From NCBI GenBank assembly GCA_016218545.1, contig JACRDQ010000038.1, forward strand, positions 66,986 to 130,985: a stretch of DNA of 64,000 nt, written 5' to 3'. The notes beneath the pieces were generated by a model, which saw only the letters and a program-made list of their open reading frames with translations, ran no database searches and was not told where the DNA came from. Positions within the stretch are counted from its first letter, which is position 1, and every line of letters starts with the position of its first letter. The translations under genes were made by a program, and so were the position numbers. Source of the DNA: Elusimicrobiota bacterium (GTDB taxonomy: Bacteria; Elusimicrobiota; Elusimicrobia; UBA1565; UBA9628). This document shows, piece after piece, positions 1 to 8,826 of this stretch.

Positions 1-75
1 AGCGGGGCCCATGAAGCCGGGACGAAGCTCTCTGACGCCGTCATCGGCGTCCGCGCGGCGCCGGCCTCGGGCGAC

Positions 76-2670
76 GTGGAGGGGGCCGCGGTCTCCGCGG
101 CGCCCCGGACGGGCTTGCAGCCCGCCCAGCTCAAGAAGATCGACCCGGCCACGCGCCCCTATTCCCCGTGGCGGCTCTCGACCTTCCTCCAGGACCCCGA
201 GAAGTACGCCATGCTCTTCATCTTCGGCGCGGACGACCAGGCTTTCCGCGAGGTGCGGGGCTACGAGCTCCTCGTGGGCGACGCCGTGCACCAGGCCTTC
301 GAATCCGTCTACAAGAGGGTCCAGGCCGGGACCCCGGGCAAGGACATCAAGCTTGACGAGGCCCTCGCGGTCTACGCCAAGGTCTTCGACGAAGGGCACA
401 AGTCCGGCGGCTACACCGAGCGCTCCGGCTGGAAGGCTTCGGAGTACAAGCGCCGCGGCACGGACTACATCAAGACCCGCTTCGGGCGGCTGGCTCCGTT
501 CGAGAGCCAGGGCAAGGTCCTCGCCATCGAGGAGCGCGTGTTCTGGACCATGAAGGACCCGGCCACGGGCAAGTCCTACGACTTCAAGGGCCGCATCGAC
601 CGCCTCATGCTCAAGGGCGACACGGTCTACATCCGCGACTGGAAGACCCACTTCGCGCCCCCGACCCTGACCCAGCTCGAGCGCGACGACTTCCAGCTGG
701 GGCTCTACGCCTTGGGCCTGGTCCGCACCCGGCCGGACCTGGTGAAGGGCCGCAAGCTCGTCATCGCCTGGGACTTCAAGGAGTTCACCCAGGAGATCGT
801 GGTGGACGAGGCCTATCTGGCCCGGACCGAGGCCCAGGTCCTCGACATCCTGCGCCGCATCGAGGTCTTCACCGCCCGCGTCGAGGCGGAGAAGCCCGAG
901 TGGTTGAAGCGCCTCGGCCCCGACTCCAACCCGGCGGGCGCGGCCCGCGCCCGCGCCGCGGTCGACGAGCTGGGGAAGATGCGCGATGGGATGGACGCCA
1001 AGGCCTCGGAGCTGCGCGCCTTGCGGCGCGAGTACAAGAACAAAGAGGAGGGCGTGACGCGCTACGCTCTGAGGATGAAGCAGTCCCAGGTCAAGGGCAA
1101 GCGTTATACCCTCGACGTCGCCAAGACCAAGGAAGAGGCGGCCCTGCCGACCAAGACCGACGACCTCGAAGGCTATGAGGAGGTCGTGCGCATCTTAAAG
1201 GAAGGCGGGGCCTGGGACAGCCTCTCCAGTCTGGACGCGGCCTCGGTCCGGAAGGCCGTGGAAGCCCTGGGCGGCGACGACCACCAGGCTTTCGAGAAGC
1301 TCAAGGCCCTCATCAAGTCCGGGCATCTCAACGAGGTCGAGACCTATCTCAAGAACGCCAAGGCCTCGGGCGGCGGCGTGGTCAGGCCCAAGATCGAGCG
1401 CGACGCGATCGCTCCCGATTCCCAGCCCGGCGTGCTCTCCCCGACCCAGCTCGACGTCTTCCTTCGGGACGAGACCGAGTACGCCGAGCGCTACATCGTG
1501 CGCATGCGCGAGGAAGGCCCCAAGGCCATGGGCACCCTGGCCGGCTCCGTCATCCACGGGACCATGGAGCAGCTCTACGTCTGGATCAAGGGCGGCCGCG
1601 AAGTCGCGGACATCCACTACAACGACCTCATGAAGTTCTTCGACGCCCGGTGGGAAGAGGAGAAGGCCCAGGGCGCGTACGTCCCGGACAAGGGCGTCTC
1701 CGAGGCCGATTACATCAAGGGCTCCAAGGAGTATGTGAAGGCCAAGTGGGACAAGCTCTACCCCTTCGACCTGGGCCGGCCCGTGTTCCTCGAGAAGAGG
1801 ATGTTCTTCACCCTCACGGACCCCAAGACCGGCAGGACCTACAAGTTCCAGGGCATCCCGGACCGTGTCATGATCGAGGGCGACACCGTGGTCATCCGCG
1901 ACTGGAAGTCCCATTATAAGGAGCCGACCGCGGCAGAGGTCAAGGCCAAGGACTACCAGCTCGGCCTCTACGTCCTGGCCCTCAGGCAGCTCTACCCGGA
2001 CCTCATGAAAGGCCGCAAGGCGCGGCTCGTCTGGGACTTCAAGAGCAAGGAGGTCGTCATCGACGTGGACGACCAGTACCTCCAGGGCCTGGAGAAGAGG
2101 CTCTTCGCGGTCCTGCGCAGGATGGACTCCTTCAAGGCCAAGGTCGAGTCCCAGCGCGAGAAATGGGAGGAGGAGCTTGGCCTCGTCACCGTGCCCAGGA
2201 CCAAGAAAGCCGCGGCCGACGCCGTAGACGGCCTGGGCAGGCTGGCGGACAAGATCGTGGCCCTTGAGGACGCTCTGGCCCCCCTCAAGGAGAAGGAGGC
2301 CGCCCTGGAGACCGAGGTCGCCGCCTTCAGCAGCCAGACCGGCTGGGTCCGGGTCCACGGTTCCGAGTACAGTTCCAAGCTGGTCAAGCGCGGCAATGTC
2401 GCGGTCCCGACCAAGGGACGCGAGCGCCAGGCCTACGACCAGGTGACCGCCATCCTCAAGGCCGCCGGGGTCTGGGAAAAGTACTCGAGCCTGGACTACT
2501 CGGCGCTCAGGAAGGCCCTGGCCGACCCCGATCACCCTGACCGGGCCGTGCTCGAGAAGCTCGAGCCGCTCCTCAAGGACATCGACAACGTCAAGGTCAA
2601 GCTCAGCAAGACCCTGAAGAAGGACAAGCCCAGGAAGAAGAAAGCATCAGGCAGGAAAGCCTCGAAGTAG
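76..2670 (+). CDS. Tandem-duplicated PD-(D/E)XK (RecB-like) nuclease-domain protein, about 864 aa. The reading frame is open back to base 1, so the gene may be 5'-partial.
   Basis: Two repeated modules each carry a GDAVHQAFE-like motif, an acidic residue, then hhDWKT/S (YIRDWKTH, VIRDWKSH) and QLGLY. This matches the RecB-family PD-(D/E)XK motifs II-III and QhxxY. Each module is followed by a coiled-coil linker and a repeated 'ILKxxGxWxxxSSLD..RKA' segment. The C-terminus is Lys-rich. No stop codon in frame between position 1 and 76. Confidence 0.55.
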   Translation: MEGAAVSAAPRTGLQPAQLKKIDPATRPYSPWRLSTFLQDPEKYAMLFIFGADDQAFREVRGYELLVGDAVHQAFESVYKRVQAGTPGKDIKLDEALAVYAKVFDEGHKSGGYTERSGWKASEYKRRGTDYIKTRFGRLAPFESQGKVLAIEERVFWTMKDPATGKSYDFKGRIDRLMLKGDTVYIRDWKTHFAPPTLTQLERDDFQLGLYALGLVRTRPDLVKGRKLVIAWDFKEFTQEIVVDEAYLARTEAQVLDILRRIEVFTARVEAEKPEWLKRLGPDSNPAGAARARAAVDELGKMRDGMDAKASELRALRREYKNKEEGVTRYALRMKQSQVKGKRYTLDVAKTKEEAALPTKTDDLEGYEEVVRILKEGGAWDSLSSLDAASVRKAVEALGGDDHQAFEKLKALIKSGHLNEVETYLKNAKASGGGVVRPKIERDAIAPDSQPGVLSPTQLDVFLRDETEYAERYIVRMREEGPKAMGTLAGSVIHGTMEQLYVWIKGGREVADIHYNDLMKFFDARWEEEKAQGAYVPDKGVSEADYIKGSKEYVKAKWDKLYPFDLGRPVFLEKRMFFTLTDPKTGRTYKFQGIPDRVMIEGDTVVIRDWKSHYKEPTAAEVKAKDYQLGLYVLALRQLYPDLMKGRKARLVWDFKSKEVVIDVDDQYLQGLEKRLFAVLRRMDSFKAKVESQREKWEEELGLVTVPRTKKAAADAVDGLGRLADKIVALEDALAPLKEKEAALETEVAAFSSQTGWVRVHGSEYSSKLVKRGNVAVPTKGRERQAYDQVTAILKAAGVWEKYSSLDYSALRKALADPDHPDRAVLEKLEPLLKDIDNVKVKLSKTLKKDKPRKKKASGRKASK

Positions 2671-2691
2671 GCGCGGGCGCGTCGCAGTCAT

Positions 2692-2721
2692 CCCCGGATC
2701 CCTGTTGACCAGGCTCCGGGG
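2692..2721 (+). terminator. Candidate stem-loop after the nuclease gene (CCCCGGA ... TCCGGGG, 16-nt loop)
   Basis: A 7-bp inverted repeat lies 22 nt after the stop codon at 2670 and is followed by gctgcgtttcggg. No strong U-tract. Confidence 0.25.
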
Positions 2722-2801
2722 ATGCTGCGTTTCGGGTGGGCAAGGCTGTTTCATGACTCTCGTCATACTTTCCCCTGGCGTTTGTGGTCTACTATAAAGG
2801 A

Positions 2802-3707
2802 ATGGTGCCAAGACCCTGGTCCCTGCTCCTCATCCTCGGCCTTGCCGGGTGCGGGAAGGATGAGGCCATTCCCACGGTCATCCTCTCGGACAAGGCTGTA
2901 GTGGAGAAGCCCGCCTTGCCTAGGGGAGAGGAACTGCGCTTCTCCGCGCCGGCCAGGCTCTCTCCCAAGAAGGCTTACAGCGAATACCAGGCGCTCTTCA
3001 GTCATGTGGCCAGGAGCCTGGGCAAGCGCGGTCACACCGTGACCCGCGAGACCTACGCGGAGAGCCTTTCCCTGCTGGAGCACCGCGAGATCGACGTTGC
3101 CTATCTCTGCGCCGCCAGTTATGTGATCGGCAAGTCCAAGTTCGGGGCCGAGATCCTTGCCGTGCCCGTGGTCAAAGGCAGGGCAGCGGACGCCTCCTGC
3201 CTCATCGTCCATAAGGAAAGTCCGGTCATGCGCTGGGAAGACCTCAAAGGGAGGTCCTTCGCGTTCACCGACCCCGACTCCAACGCAGGGTGGCTCGTGC
3301 CCGTGGACTTGCTCGCCTCCAAGGGCGTCTCCCCCCAGGTCTTCTTTTCCAAGACCATCTACACGCGCGCCCATGACAACTCGGTCAAGGCCGTGGCGAG
3401 CGGCCTGGTGGACGCCGCGGCCATTCATTGCAACGTGCTCGACGAGGTCCTAGAGGAGGCTCCATCGGCGGCGTCCCGGGTGCGGGTGGTCTGGAAGTCG
3501 GCGCATTTCGCCATGCCGCCCATCGCGGTCCATCCCGGGCTCGACCCTGCCTTGAAGGCGCGCCTGCGCGAGGCCTTCCTCGCCCTGCATCGGGCCCCGG
3601 AAGGCGCCAGGCTCCTGCGCAAGGCCGGAATCGAGCGCTTCACGGTGATAGACGACTCCGCCTACGAACCGATCCGCAGGATGCGCGCTGCCGTGGACCG
3701 GAGATGA
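2802..3707 (+). CDS. PhnD-like (phosphonate-type) ABC substrate-binding lipoprotein, with no cognate permease or ATPase nearby; a likely sensory co-receptor
   Basis: Start at the second Met. It is preceded by an aaagga RBS and gives the lipoprotein signal MVPRPWSLLLILGLAGCG. The body resembles the PhnD/SsuA periplasmic-binding fold (VAYLCAASYV, FAFTDPDSNAGW, RVVWKS). The stop overlaps the start of the downstream kinase gene. Confidence 0.65.
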   Translation: MVPRPWSLLLILGLAGCGKDEAIPTVILSDKAVVEKPALPRGEELRFSAPARLSPKKAYSEYQALFSHVARSLGKRGHTVTRETYAESLSLLEHREIDVAYLCAASYVIGKSKFGAEILAVPVVKGRAADASCLIVHKESPVMRWEDLKGRSFAFTDPDSNAGWLVPVDLLASKGVSPQVFFSKTIYTRAHDNSVKAVASGLVDAAAIHCNVLDEVLEEAPSAASRVRVVWKSAHFAMPPIAVHPGLDPALKARLREAFLALHRAPEGARLLRKAGIERFTVIDDSAYEPIRRMRAAVDRR

Positions 3708-5131
3708 TGGCTGCGCGGCGCGCAGGGGGGCTGAGCATCAGGGGCAGGCTCCTCCTGGGGTCCGCCGGGGTCATCCTGCTCTTCGGAGGTCTTGTGCTGG
3801 CAGGGCTCTACCGGGCTATGCTCGGCTTGTTCATGGAGGAGCTGGTCCGCAGGGGGTACGCCATCGCGGACACCCTGCTGGAGCCGTCCCAGAATCTCCT
3901 CCTGACGGAGGACTCCTTCGCGCTCCAGCAGGTCCTCCAGTCCTCGCTCAGCCGCCACCATGACGTGCGCTACGCGTTCGTGGCTGATGCCGAAGGCAGG
4001 GTCGTGTCTCATACGTTCATGGGAGGCTTCCCCAAAGGGCTTGACCGGGCGGTGCTGCTGGACCCCGGAGAGGCATCCCGCTCCCGTCCCGTGCGCACCG
4101 AGGAGGGCTTGATCTACGACGTGGGCGTGCCCTTGCAGGGCCTGGGGAGCATCCATGTGGGGATGCGGTCCGCCGAGGTCGCCCGCCGCGTCGTCAGGGA
4201 CACCATGGGCTGGGGCAGCACCGCCGCAGGGGCGCTCATGCTGGGCGCGGTGGTCATCTGGTGGCTGACCGGCCGCCTGGCCGCGCGCCTGAAGGATCTG
4301 GTGGGAGCGGCGGAGGAGGTGGGCGCGGGCAGGCTCGACGCGGTCGTGCAGGACCGCGGGGAGGACGAGGTGGGGCGCCTGGCCAGGGCCTTCAATGCCA
4401 TGACGCGGGACCTCAAGGAATACCAGGCCCGGGCCCTGAGGGCCGGGAAGCTCGCCGCCATCGGCGAGCTCGCCTCTTGCGTGGCCCATGAGATCAACAA
4501 CCCCCTCAATACGATGGGGGTTTGCGCCCAGGCCCTTCTTGAGCGGGCATCGAGCCCGGAGCTGCGCGCGTCCGCCGAGTTCTCCGACTTCCCGGAATAT
4601 CTCAAGACCATCGACAGCGAGGTGAGCCGCTGCAAAAGGATCACGTCCGAGCTCCTGCTCTTCGGACATCCGCGCGAGCCCCGCCTGGAGCCCGTGGACC
4701 TCAATGAGCTCGTCTCGGAGTCCCTCGGACTGCTCGAGCACAGGCTCCGGGGCGCGGAGGCGGCGGTGGAGACGGTCCTGGCCCCGGGGTTGCCGAGGCT
4801 CCATGCCGACTCGGACCAGCTCAAGCAGGTCCTCCTCAATCTCGTGGGAAACGCCCTCGATCACATCAGACCCGGCGGTCAGGTCCGGATCGCGACGGCC
4901 AAGCATGGCCGGGAGCTGGCCTTGAGCGTCACCGACGACGGGCCGGGCATCCCGCCCGAGCATCGCGACAAGGTCTTCGACCTCTTCTTCACCACGAAGA
5001 AGGCCGGCGCGGGCTCGGGGCTCGGCTTGGCGATCTGCCAGAGGATCGTCGACAGCCACGGGGGCCGCATCGCGGTCGAGAGCCGGCCGGGCCGGGGCGC
5101 TGTCTTCACCGTTTCCCTTCCCATCCGCTGA
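3704..5131 (+). CDS. Sensor histidine kinase with TM, HAMP, HisKA and HATPase domains
   Basis: The ATG at 3704 overlaps the upstream stop codon (gagATGAtgg). There is a TM region and a HAMP-like segment. The H-box is ELASCVAHEINNPLN. The ATPase N, G1 and G2 boxes are present (NLVGNALDHI, DDGPGIP, GSGLGLAICQ). The longer ORF given in the track (from 3428) is an out-of-context upstream extension. Confidence 0.8.
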   Translation: MMAARRAGGLSIRGRLLLGSAGVILLFGGLVLAGLYRAMLGLFMEELVRRGYAIADTLLEPSQNLLLTEDSFALQQVLQSSLSRHHDVRYAFVADAEGRVVSHTFMGGFPKGLDRAVLLDPGEASRSRPVRTEEGLIYDVGVPLQGLGSIHVGMRSAEVARRVVRDTMGWGSTAAGALMLGAVVIWWLTGRLAARLKDLVGAAEEVGAGRLDAVVQDRGEDEVGRLARAFNAMTRDLKEYQARALRAGKLAAIGELASCVAHEINNPLNTMGVCAQALLERASSPELRASAEFSDFPEYLKTIDSEVSRCKRITSELLLFGHPREPRLEPVDLNELVSESLGLLEHRLRGAEAAVETVLAPGLPRLHADSDQLKQVLLNLVGNALDHIRPGGQVRIATAKHGRELALSVTDDGPGIPPEHRDKVFDLFFTTKKAGAGSGLGLAICQRIVDSHGGRIAVESRPGRGAVFTVSLPIR

Positions 5132-5262
5132 GGGGCGTTCCGCCCAAGTCGGATTCAAGTCATCTTCTTTCCTTGAGGGCCGTCATTCTTATCATCCATG
5201 GCGTTTGGGACAATGTGCTCAATCGGAGCGGCGCCGGGAAGGCCGCTGGGATGGGAGGAGCG

Positions 5263-6165
5263 ATGAACGTGATGTCGACGCGCATGAGGATGTCAGGCTC
5301 GATCGTCATTTTGGGATTGGCGCTGGGGGTCGTGCCGGTGGCCTTCGGCGCGGAGGCTCCGGCTGCCGCCGGGACCGAGAAGTGCCAGTCATGCCACGCG
5401 GACGTCGCCAAGGCGTTCGGGTCGACCAAGCACGGCAAGGCCGCCTACTACGGCGTGCAGGGAGCCGGCTGCGTGTCGTGCCACGGCGAAAGCGAGAAGC
5501 ACGCGGGCTCCGGGGATAAGGCGGACGCCTTCAACCCCGCGAAGGCCGACCCCGAGAAGGTCAACGAGACCTGCCTGGAGTGCCACAGCAAGACCAAGGC
5601 CCTGATGTTCTGGAATGGGAGCGCCCACTCGAACAACGAGCTCGGCTGCGTCGCCTGCCATTCGGTCCACGGCGGGAAGGACAAGCTCCTCAAGGCCGCG
5701 GACGACAAGGCCGTGTGCTTCACCTGCCACAAGAACGTCCGGGCCGCGATGTTCGCCCGCTCCAAGCATCCGATGCGGGATTCCTCCAATCCCAAGGGCG
5801 AGGGCAAGATGACGTGCGCCTCCTGCCACAACCCGCACGGCTCCGAGTCCGAGAAGCTCATCAGCGCGAAGTCCGTCAACGACAAGTGCTATGAGTGCCA
5901 CACGGAGAAGAAGGCCCCGCTCCTCTGGGAGCACTCCCCGGTCAAGGAGGACTGCCTCACCTGCCACGCCGCTCACGGCGCGGCCAATGACAAGCTCCTC
6001 ACGGTCCGCCCTCCCAGGCTCTGCCAGTCGTGCCACATGCAGGGGCGCCACCAGAGCGGCACCTTGGACGTCAACTCCGTGTACGCGATCGGCAGGTCCT
6101 GCTTGAACTGCCATCCGATGGTGCACGGCTCCAACAGCCCGTCGGGCCCCGTCCTTCAGCGGTGA
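5263..6165 (+). CDS. Periplasmic decaheme c-type cytochrome of the MtrA/MtoA/PioA family
   Basis: Ten CXXCH motifs are present: CQSCH, CVSCH, CLECH, CVACH, CFTCH, CASCH, CYECH, CLTCH, CQSCH and CLNCH. The mature part is about 300 aa, which is MtrA/MtoA size. An N-terminal signal peptide is present (MNVMSTRMRMSGSIVILGLALGVVPVAFGA). The start could equally be 5248. Confidence 0.85.
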   Translation: MNVMSTRMRMSGSIVILGLALGVVPVAFGAEAPAAAGTEKCQSCHADVAKAFGSTKHGKAAYYGVQGAGCVSCHGESEKHAGSGDKADAFNPAKADPEKVNETCLECHSKTKALMFWNGSAHSNNELGCVACHSVHGGKDKLLKAADDKAVCFTCHKNVRAAMFARSKHPMRDSSNPKGEGKMTCASCHNPHGSESEKLISAKSVNDKCYECHTEKKAPLLWEHSPVKEDCLTCHAAHGAANDKLLTVRPPRLCQSCHMQGRHQSGTLDVNSVYAIGRSCLNCHPMVHGSNSPSGPVLQR

Positions 6166-6217
6166 CCGGGGTCGACGCTGAAAGATCATGACCTATAGAA
6201 AAGGAAGGGTGGATACC

Positions 6218-8656
6218 ATGGAGGCTACAATGAGAGGTAAGGGCATGAGCCGCAAGACATTCCTTGGGGCCCTGCTGGCCGTCGCGCTCGCCACGGGTGC
6301 CCAGGCGGCCAATGACGTCATGGACGGCAAGCTCACGGTCGCAGTCGACGCCCAGGTGGGCGTCCAGGCACGGCAGACCGACGACTCCGTCGAGAAGTTC
6401 AACGAGTACCGCGACGTCCAGACGGGCTTCTTCCTCGACGACTTCCGCTTCTCCGCCGATGGGACCGATAGCCCGTACTATGTCGGGTTCAGGGCAAGGC
6501 ATGCGCTCCGGGCCGACGAGACCTATAAGCTCGGTTTCGGCCGGCACGGGCAATACGGCGTGCGCTTCTCCTATGACAGCCTGCCGCACAACTTCGCGCA
6601 AGGCAAGCTGCTCTACAGCGGCGTGGGGACCGGGGACCTGGTCATCGCGGACCAGCTCCAGGCGGACCTGCAGGCTCTCGAGCAGACCGAGAACGACCGC
6701 GACGCCGCGGCCAACAAGGTCAATCCCCTCGTGGACGTCACGGGTGAGGACGCCCTGACCAAGGGCATCGTGGACGGCCTCTACTCGACCAGGGACTTCA
6801 CGGTCCTCAAGCTCAAGAGGGAGAAGGCCAGCCTGGCCTTCGACTACGACGTCGCCAACGACGTCAAGACCTGGATGAAGGTCTCCCACGAGAAGCGCGA
6901 CGGGGCCAGGACCATCAATGCCGGCTCCTACGAGCGGTGGGATCAGGGCGCTGCCGGCTTGACCCACCTCAAGGACCTCTTCACCATCTCGGGCGCGGAG
7001 CTGGCTGAGCCGGTGGACTACAGGACCATCGTGTTCGCGGTCGGAGCCGGCGTCTATAAGAAGGCTTGGCTCGCGGACGCGGAATACTCGTTCACGGACT
7101 TCAACAACGACTACTCGGCCTTGCGCTGGGACAATGCCCTGAGGAGCACGGACGAGATCGGCAGGACCGCGGCGGCGGGCGGGGCCACGCTCGGCAACAA
7201 CTACAACAGGGGCCGGTTCGTCCGGGGCCAGCTCGGCCTTCCGCCGGACAGCCAGTCCCACCAGGTGAACTTCAACGGCTCGGTGGAGCTTCCCCTGCAC
7301 AGCAGGTTCGCGGCCAGCCTGGGTTACGGACTGATCGAGCAGAACCAGGCCTTCAACCCGTTCTCGCTCAACACGGCGATCTCTCCCAGGGCCGGCCTGG
7401 ACGTGACCAACCCGGCCGCGCTCCCGGAGAGCGGTCTCCACGGCGCGGTCACGACCCTGACCCAGAGCTACGTGCTCTCGAGCAAGCCGATCGAGAGCCT
7501 TTCTCTCGCGGCGAAGTACCGCTTCTACAAGTACAAGAACGACACCAGGAGGATCTCGCTGCCCGGCTACGCGGCCTGGGGAGAGAGCGATTGGCGCACC
7601 GTCAGGAGCGACGCGGGCACGGCCGTGCAGAACGACACGCTCGGGTTCACGAAGCACACTGTGGACTTCTCGGCCGACTACAAGGTCGCCAAGCCCCTGA
7701 CCGTGGGCGTGGAGACCGGCGTCGAGTACTGGGATCGCGACGAGGTTCGGGTGGACAAGACCAAGGAGTTCAGCGTGGGCGGCAGCTTCATCTACAGGCC
7801 CGCGGACTTCGCGAGCTTCAAGGCCGCCTACAAGTTCGCCAAGCGCACGGACACGGGCTATATCGAGGGAGCGGTCAAGAAGAACCCGGAGGCCGCCGGC
7901 TTGCGGAACTTCGACTGGGCCGAGCGCACGCGCAACAAGGCCGACGGCAGGCTCCTGCTCTACCCGTCCGACTCCGTTTCCGTGGGCTTCTCCGGCCAGT
8001 TCCAGCGCGACCAGTTCGCCAAGGACACCCGGTTCGGGCTCAAGTCGGTCGAGGCGTCGAACGGGTCCGTGGACGTCTCCTACAGCCCGTCCGAGACGCT
8101 GAACATGTTCGCGAGCTATACCCGGGAGCACCGGCGGAGCAAGATCAAGAATGGGGCCAAGGACGATGCCTTCAACGCGGCCGGGCCTCTAGACGACAGC
8201 TTCACGACCAGCAACTTCAATCCGTACAACGAGTGGAACAGCAACATCTCCGAGGACGTGGACACCCTGGGGTTCGGGGCCAACGTGGCGGTCATCCCGG
8301 AGAAGCTCGAGCTCGACGCGAGCTACAACTTCTCCCACTCGAGGACCGACACCTATACATATAATCCGAACGGCCAGGCGAAGCTCGGCAACGGCGAGGC
8401 CAAGGACTGGCCGCTCGTCAAGAACAGCCTGCACGAGATCAAGGCCGACCTGGGGTACAAGTTCACCAAGAGCATCAAGGCAGGGACTCGCTACATGTAC
8501 GAGGGGTTCCACCTGACGGACTTCGCTTGGGAGAACCTCCAGCCTTACATGCCCGGCTACAGCGCGGAGAACTCGACCCGCTATCTCTTCGCGGACGCGA
8601 CCTACCGGAATTACGACTCGCACGTCGGGATGGTGTACCTGAACTATTCGTTCTGA
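6218..8656 (+). CDS. MtrB/PioB/MtoB-family outer-membrane beta-barrel, about 810 aa. It would be the porin partner of the upstream decaheme cytochrome.
   Basis: The gene follows the decaheme gene after about 50 nt. Signal peptide ...FLGALLAVALATGAQA. The body is Tyr/Gly/Asp-rich with alternating amphipathic strands and ends in ...YLNYSF, the C-terminal Phe typical of outer-membrane proteins. The size matches PioB/MtoB. Start is ambiguous between 6188, 6218 and 6230. Confidence 0.6.
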   Translation: MEATMRGKGMSRKTFLGALLAVALATGAQAANDVMDGKLTVAVDAQVGVQARQTDDSVEKFNEYRDVQTGFFLDDFRFSADGTDSPYYVGFRARHALRADETYKLGFGRHGQYGVRFSYDSLPHNFAQGKLLYSGVGTGDLVIADQLQADLQALEQTENDRDAAANKVNPLVDVTGEDALTKGIVDGLYSTRDFTVLKLKREKASLAFDYDVANDVKTWMKVSHEKRDGARTINAGSYERWDQGAAGLTHLKDLFTISGAELAEPVDYRTIVFAVGAGVYKKAWLADAEYSFTDFNNDYSALRWDNALRSTDEIGRTAAAGGATLGNNYNRGRFVRGQLGLPPDSQSHQVNFNGSVELPLHSRFAASLGYGLIEQNQAFNPFSLNTAISPRAGLDVTNPAALPESGLHGAVTTLTQSYVLSSKPIESLSLAAKYRFYKYKNDTRRISLPGYAAWGESDWRTVRSDAGTAVQNDTLGFTKHTVDFSADYKVAKPLTVGVETGVEYWDRDEVRVDKTKEFSVGGSFIYRPADFASFKAAYKFAKRTDTGYIEGAVKKNPEAAGLRNFDWAERTRNKADGRLLLYPSDSVSVGFSGQFQRDQFAKDTRFGLKSVEASNGSVDVSYSPSETLNMFASYTREHRRSKIKNGAKDDAFNAAGPLDDSFTTSNFNPYNEWNSNISEDVDTLGFGANVAVIPEKLELDASYNFSHSRTDTYTYNPNGQAKLGNGEAKDWPLVKNSLHEIKADLGYKFTKSIKAGTRYMYEGFHLTDFAWENLQPYMPGYSAENSTRYLFADATYRNYDSHVGMVYLNYSF

Positions 8657-8826
8657 GCCCGCCCAGGCGGGCAGATTCGCCGGTGCGGCCTGGGGCTCGC
8701 GAGAGCGGGCCCCAGGCTCCGGGGTCCCCCAGGAGCGCCCGTCTTCCGAATCCGGAAGAGCCGGCTCCTCTCTTTTCCAGCCGCGGCCGGACTCGGGATT
8801 TGCCGTCCGGCCTCTGAACGGGTATA

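Noticed and set aside
11-553. 180-aa ORF overlapping the 5' end of the nuclease gene in another frame
   Set aside because: Arg/Pro/Ser-rich translation typical of off-frame reading of high-GC coding DNA. It is fully contained in the better-supported 76-2670 gene.
3428-3703. Upstream extension of the histidine kinase ORF, making it 567 aa
   Set aside because: The extension overlaps the binding-protein gene in another frame and is Arg/Pro-rich. An ATG at 3704 with ATGA coupling gives a normal kinase N-terminus.
5132-5262. Looked for a sigma54 or FNR box upstream of the decaheme cytochrome gene (TGGCGTTTGGGACAATGTGCT; TTCAAG...CTTGAG)
   Set aside because: The GG/GC spacing is wrong for -24/-12 and the palindrome is imperfect. 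There is not enough support to call a site.
6071-8131. 686-aa minus-strand ORF antisense to the MtrB-like gene. Similar long antisense or alternate-frame ORFs occur at 1195-2535, 3662-5158, 11437-13401, 19995-21482, 22685-23677, 25776-27281, 38307-40115, 40932-42635, 44329-45717, 46232-47824, 47623-48888, 50470-51465, 52565-53788 and 55930-57645.
   Set aside because: These are high-GC artefacts. Their translations are low-complexity (Arg/Gly/Ala/Pro-rich) and lack motifs. Every one is shadowed by a sense-strand gene with clear domain signatures.
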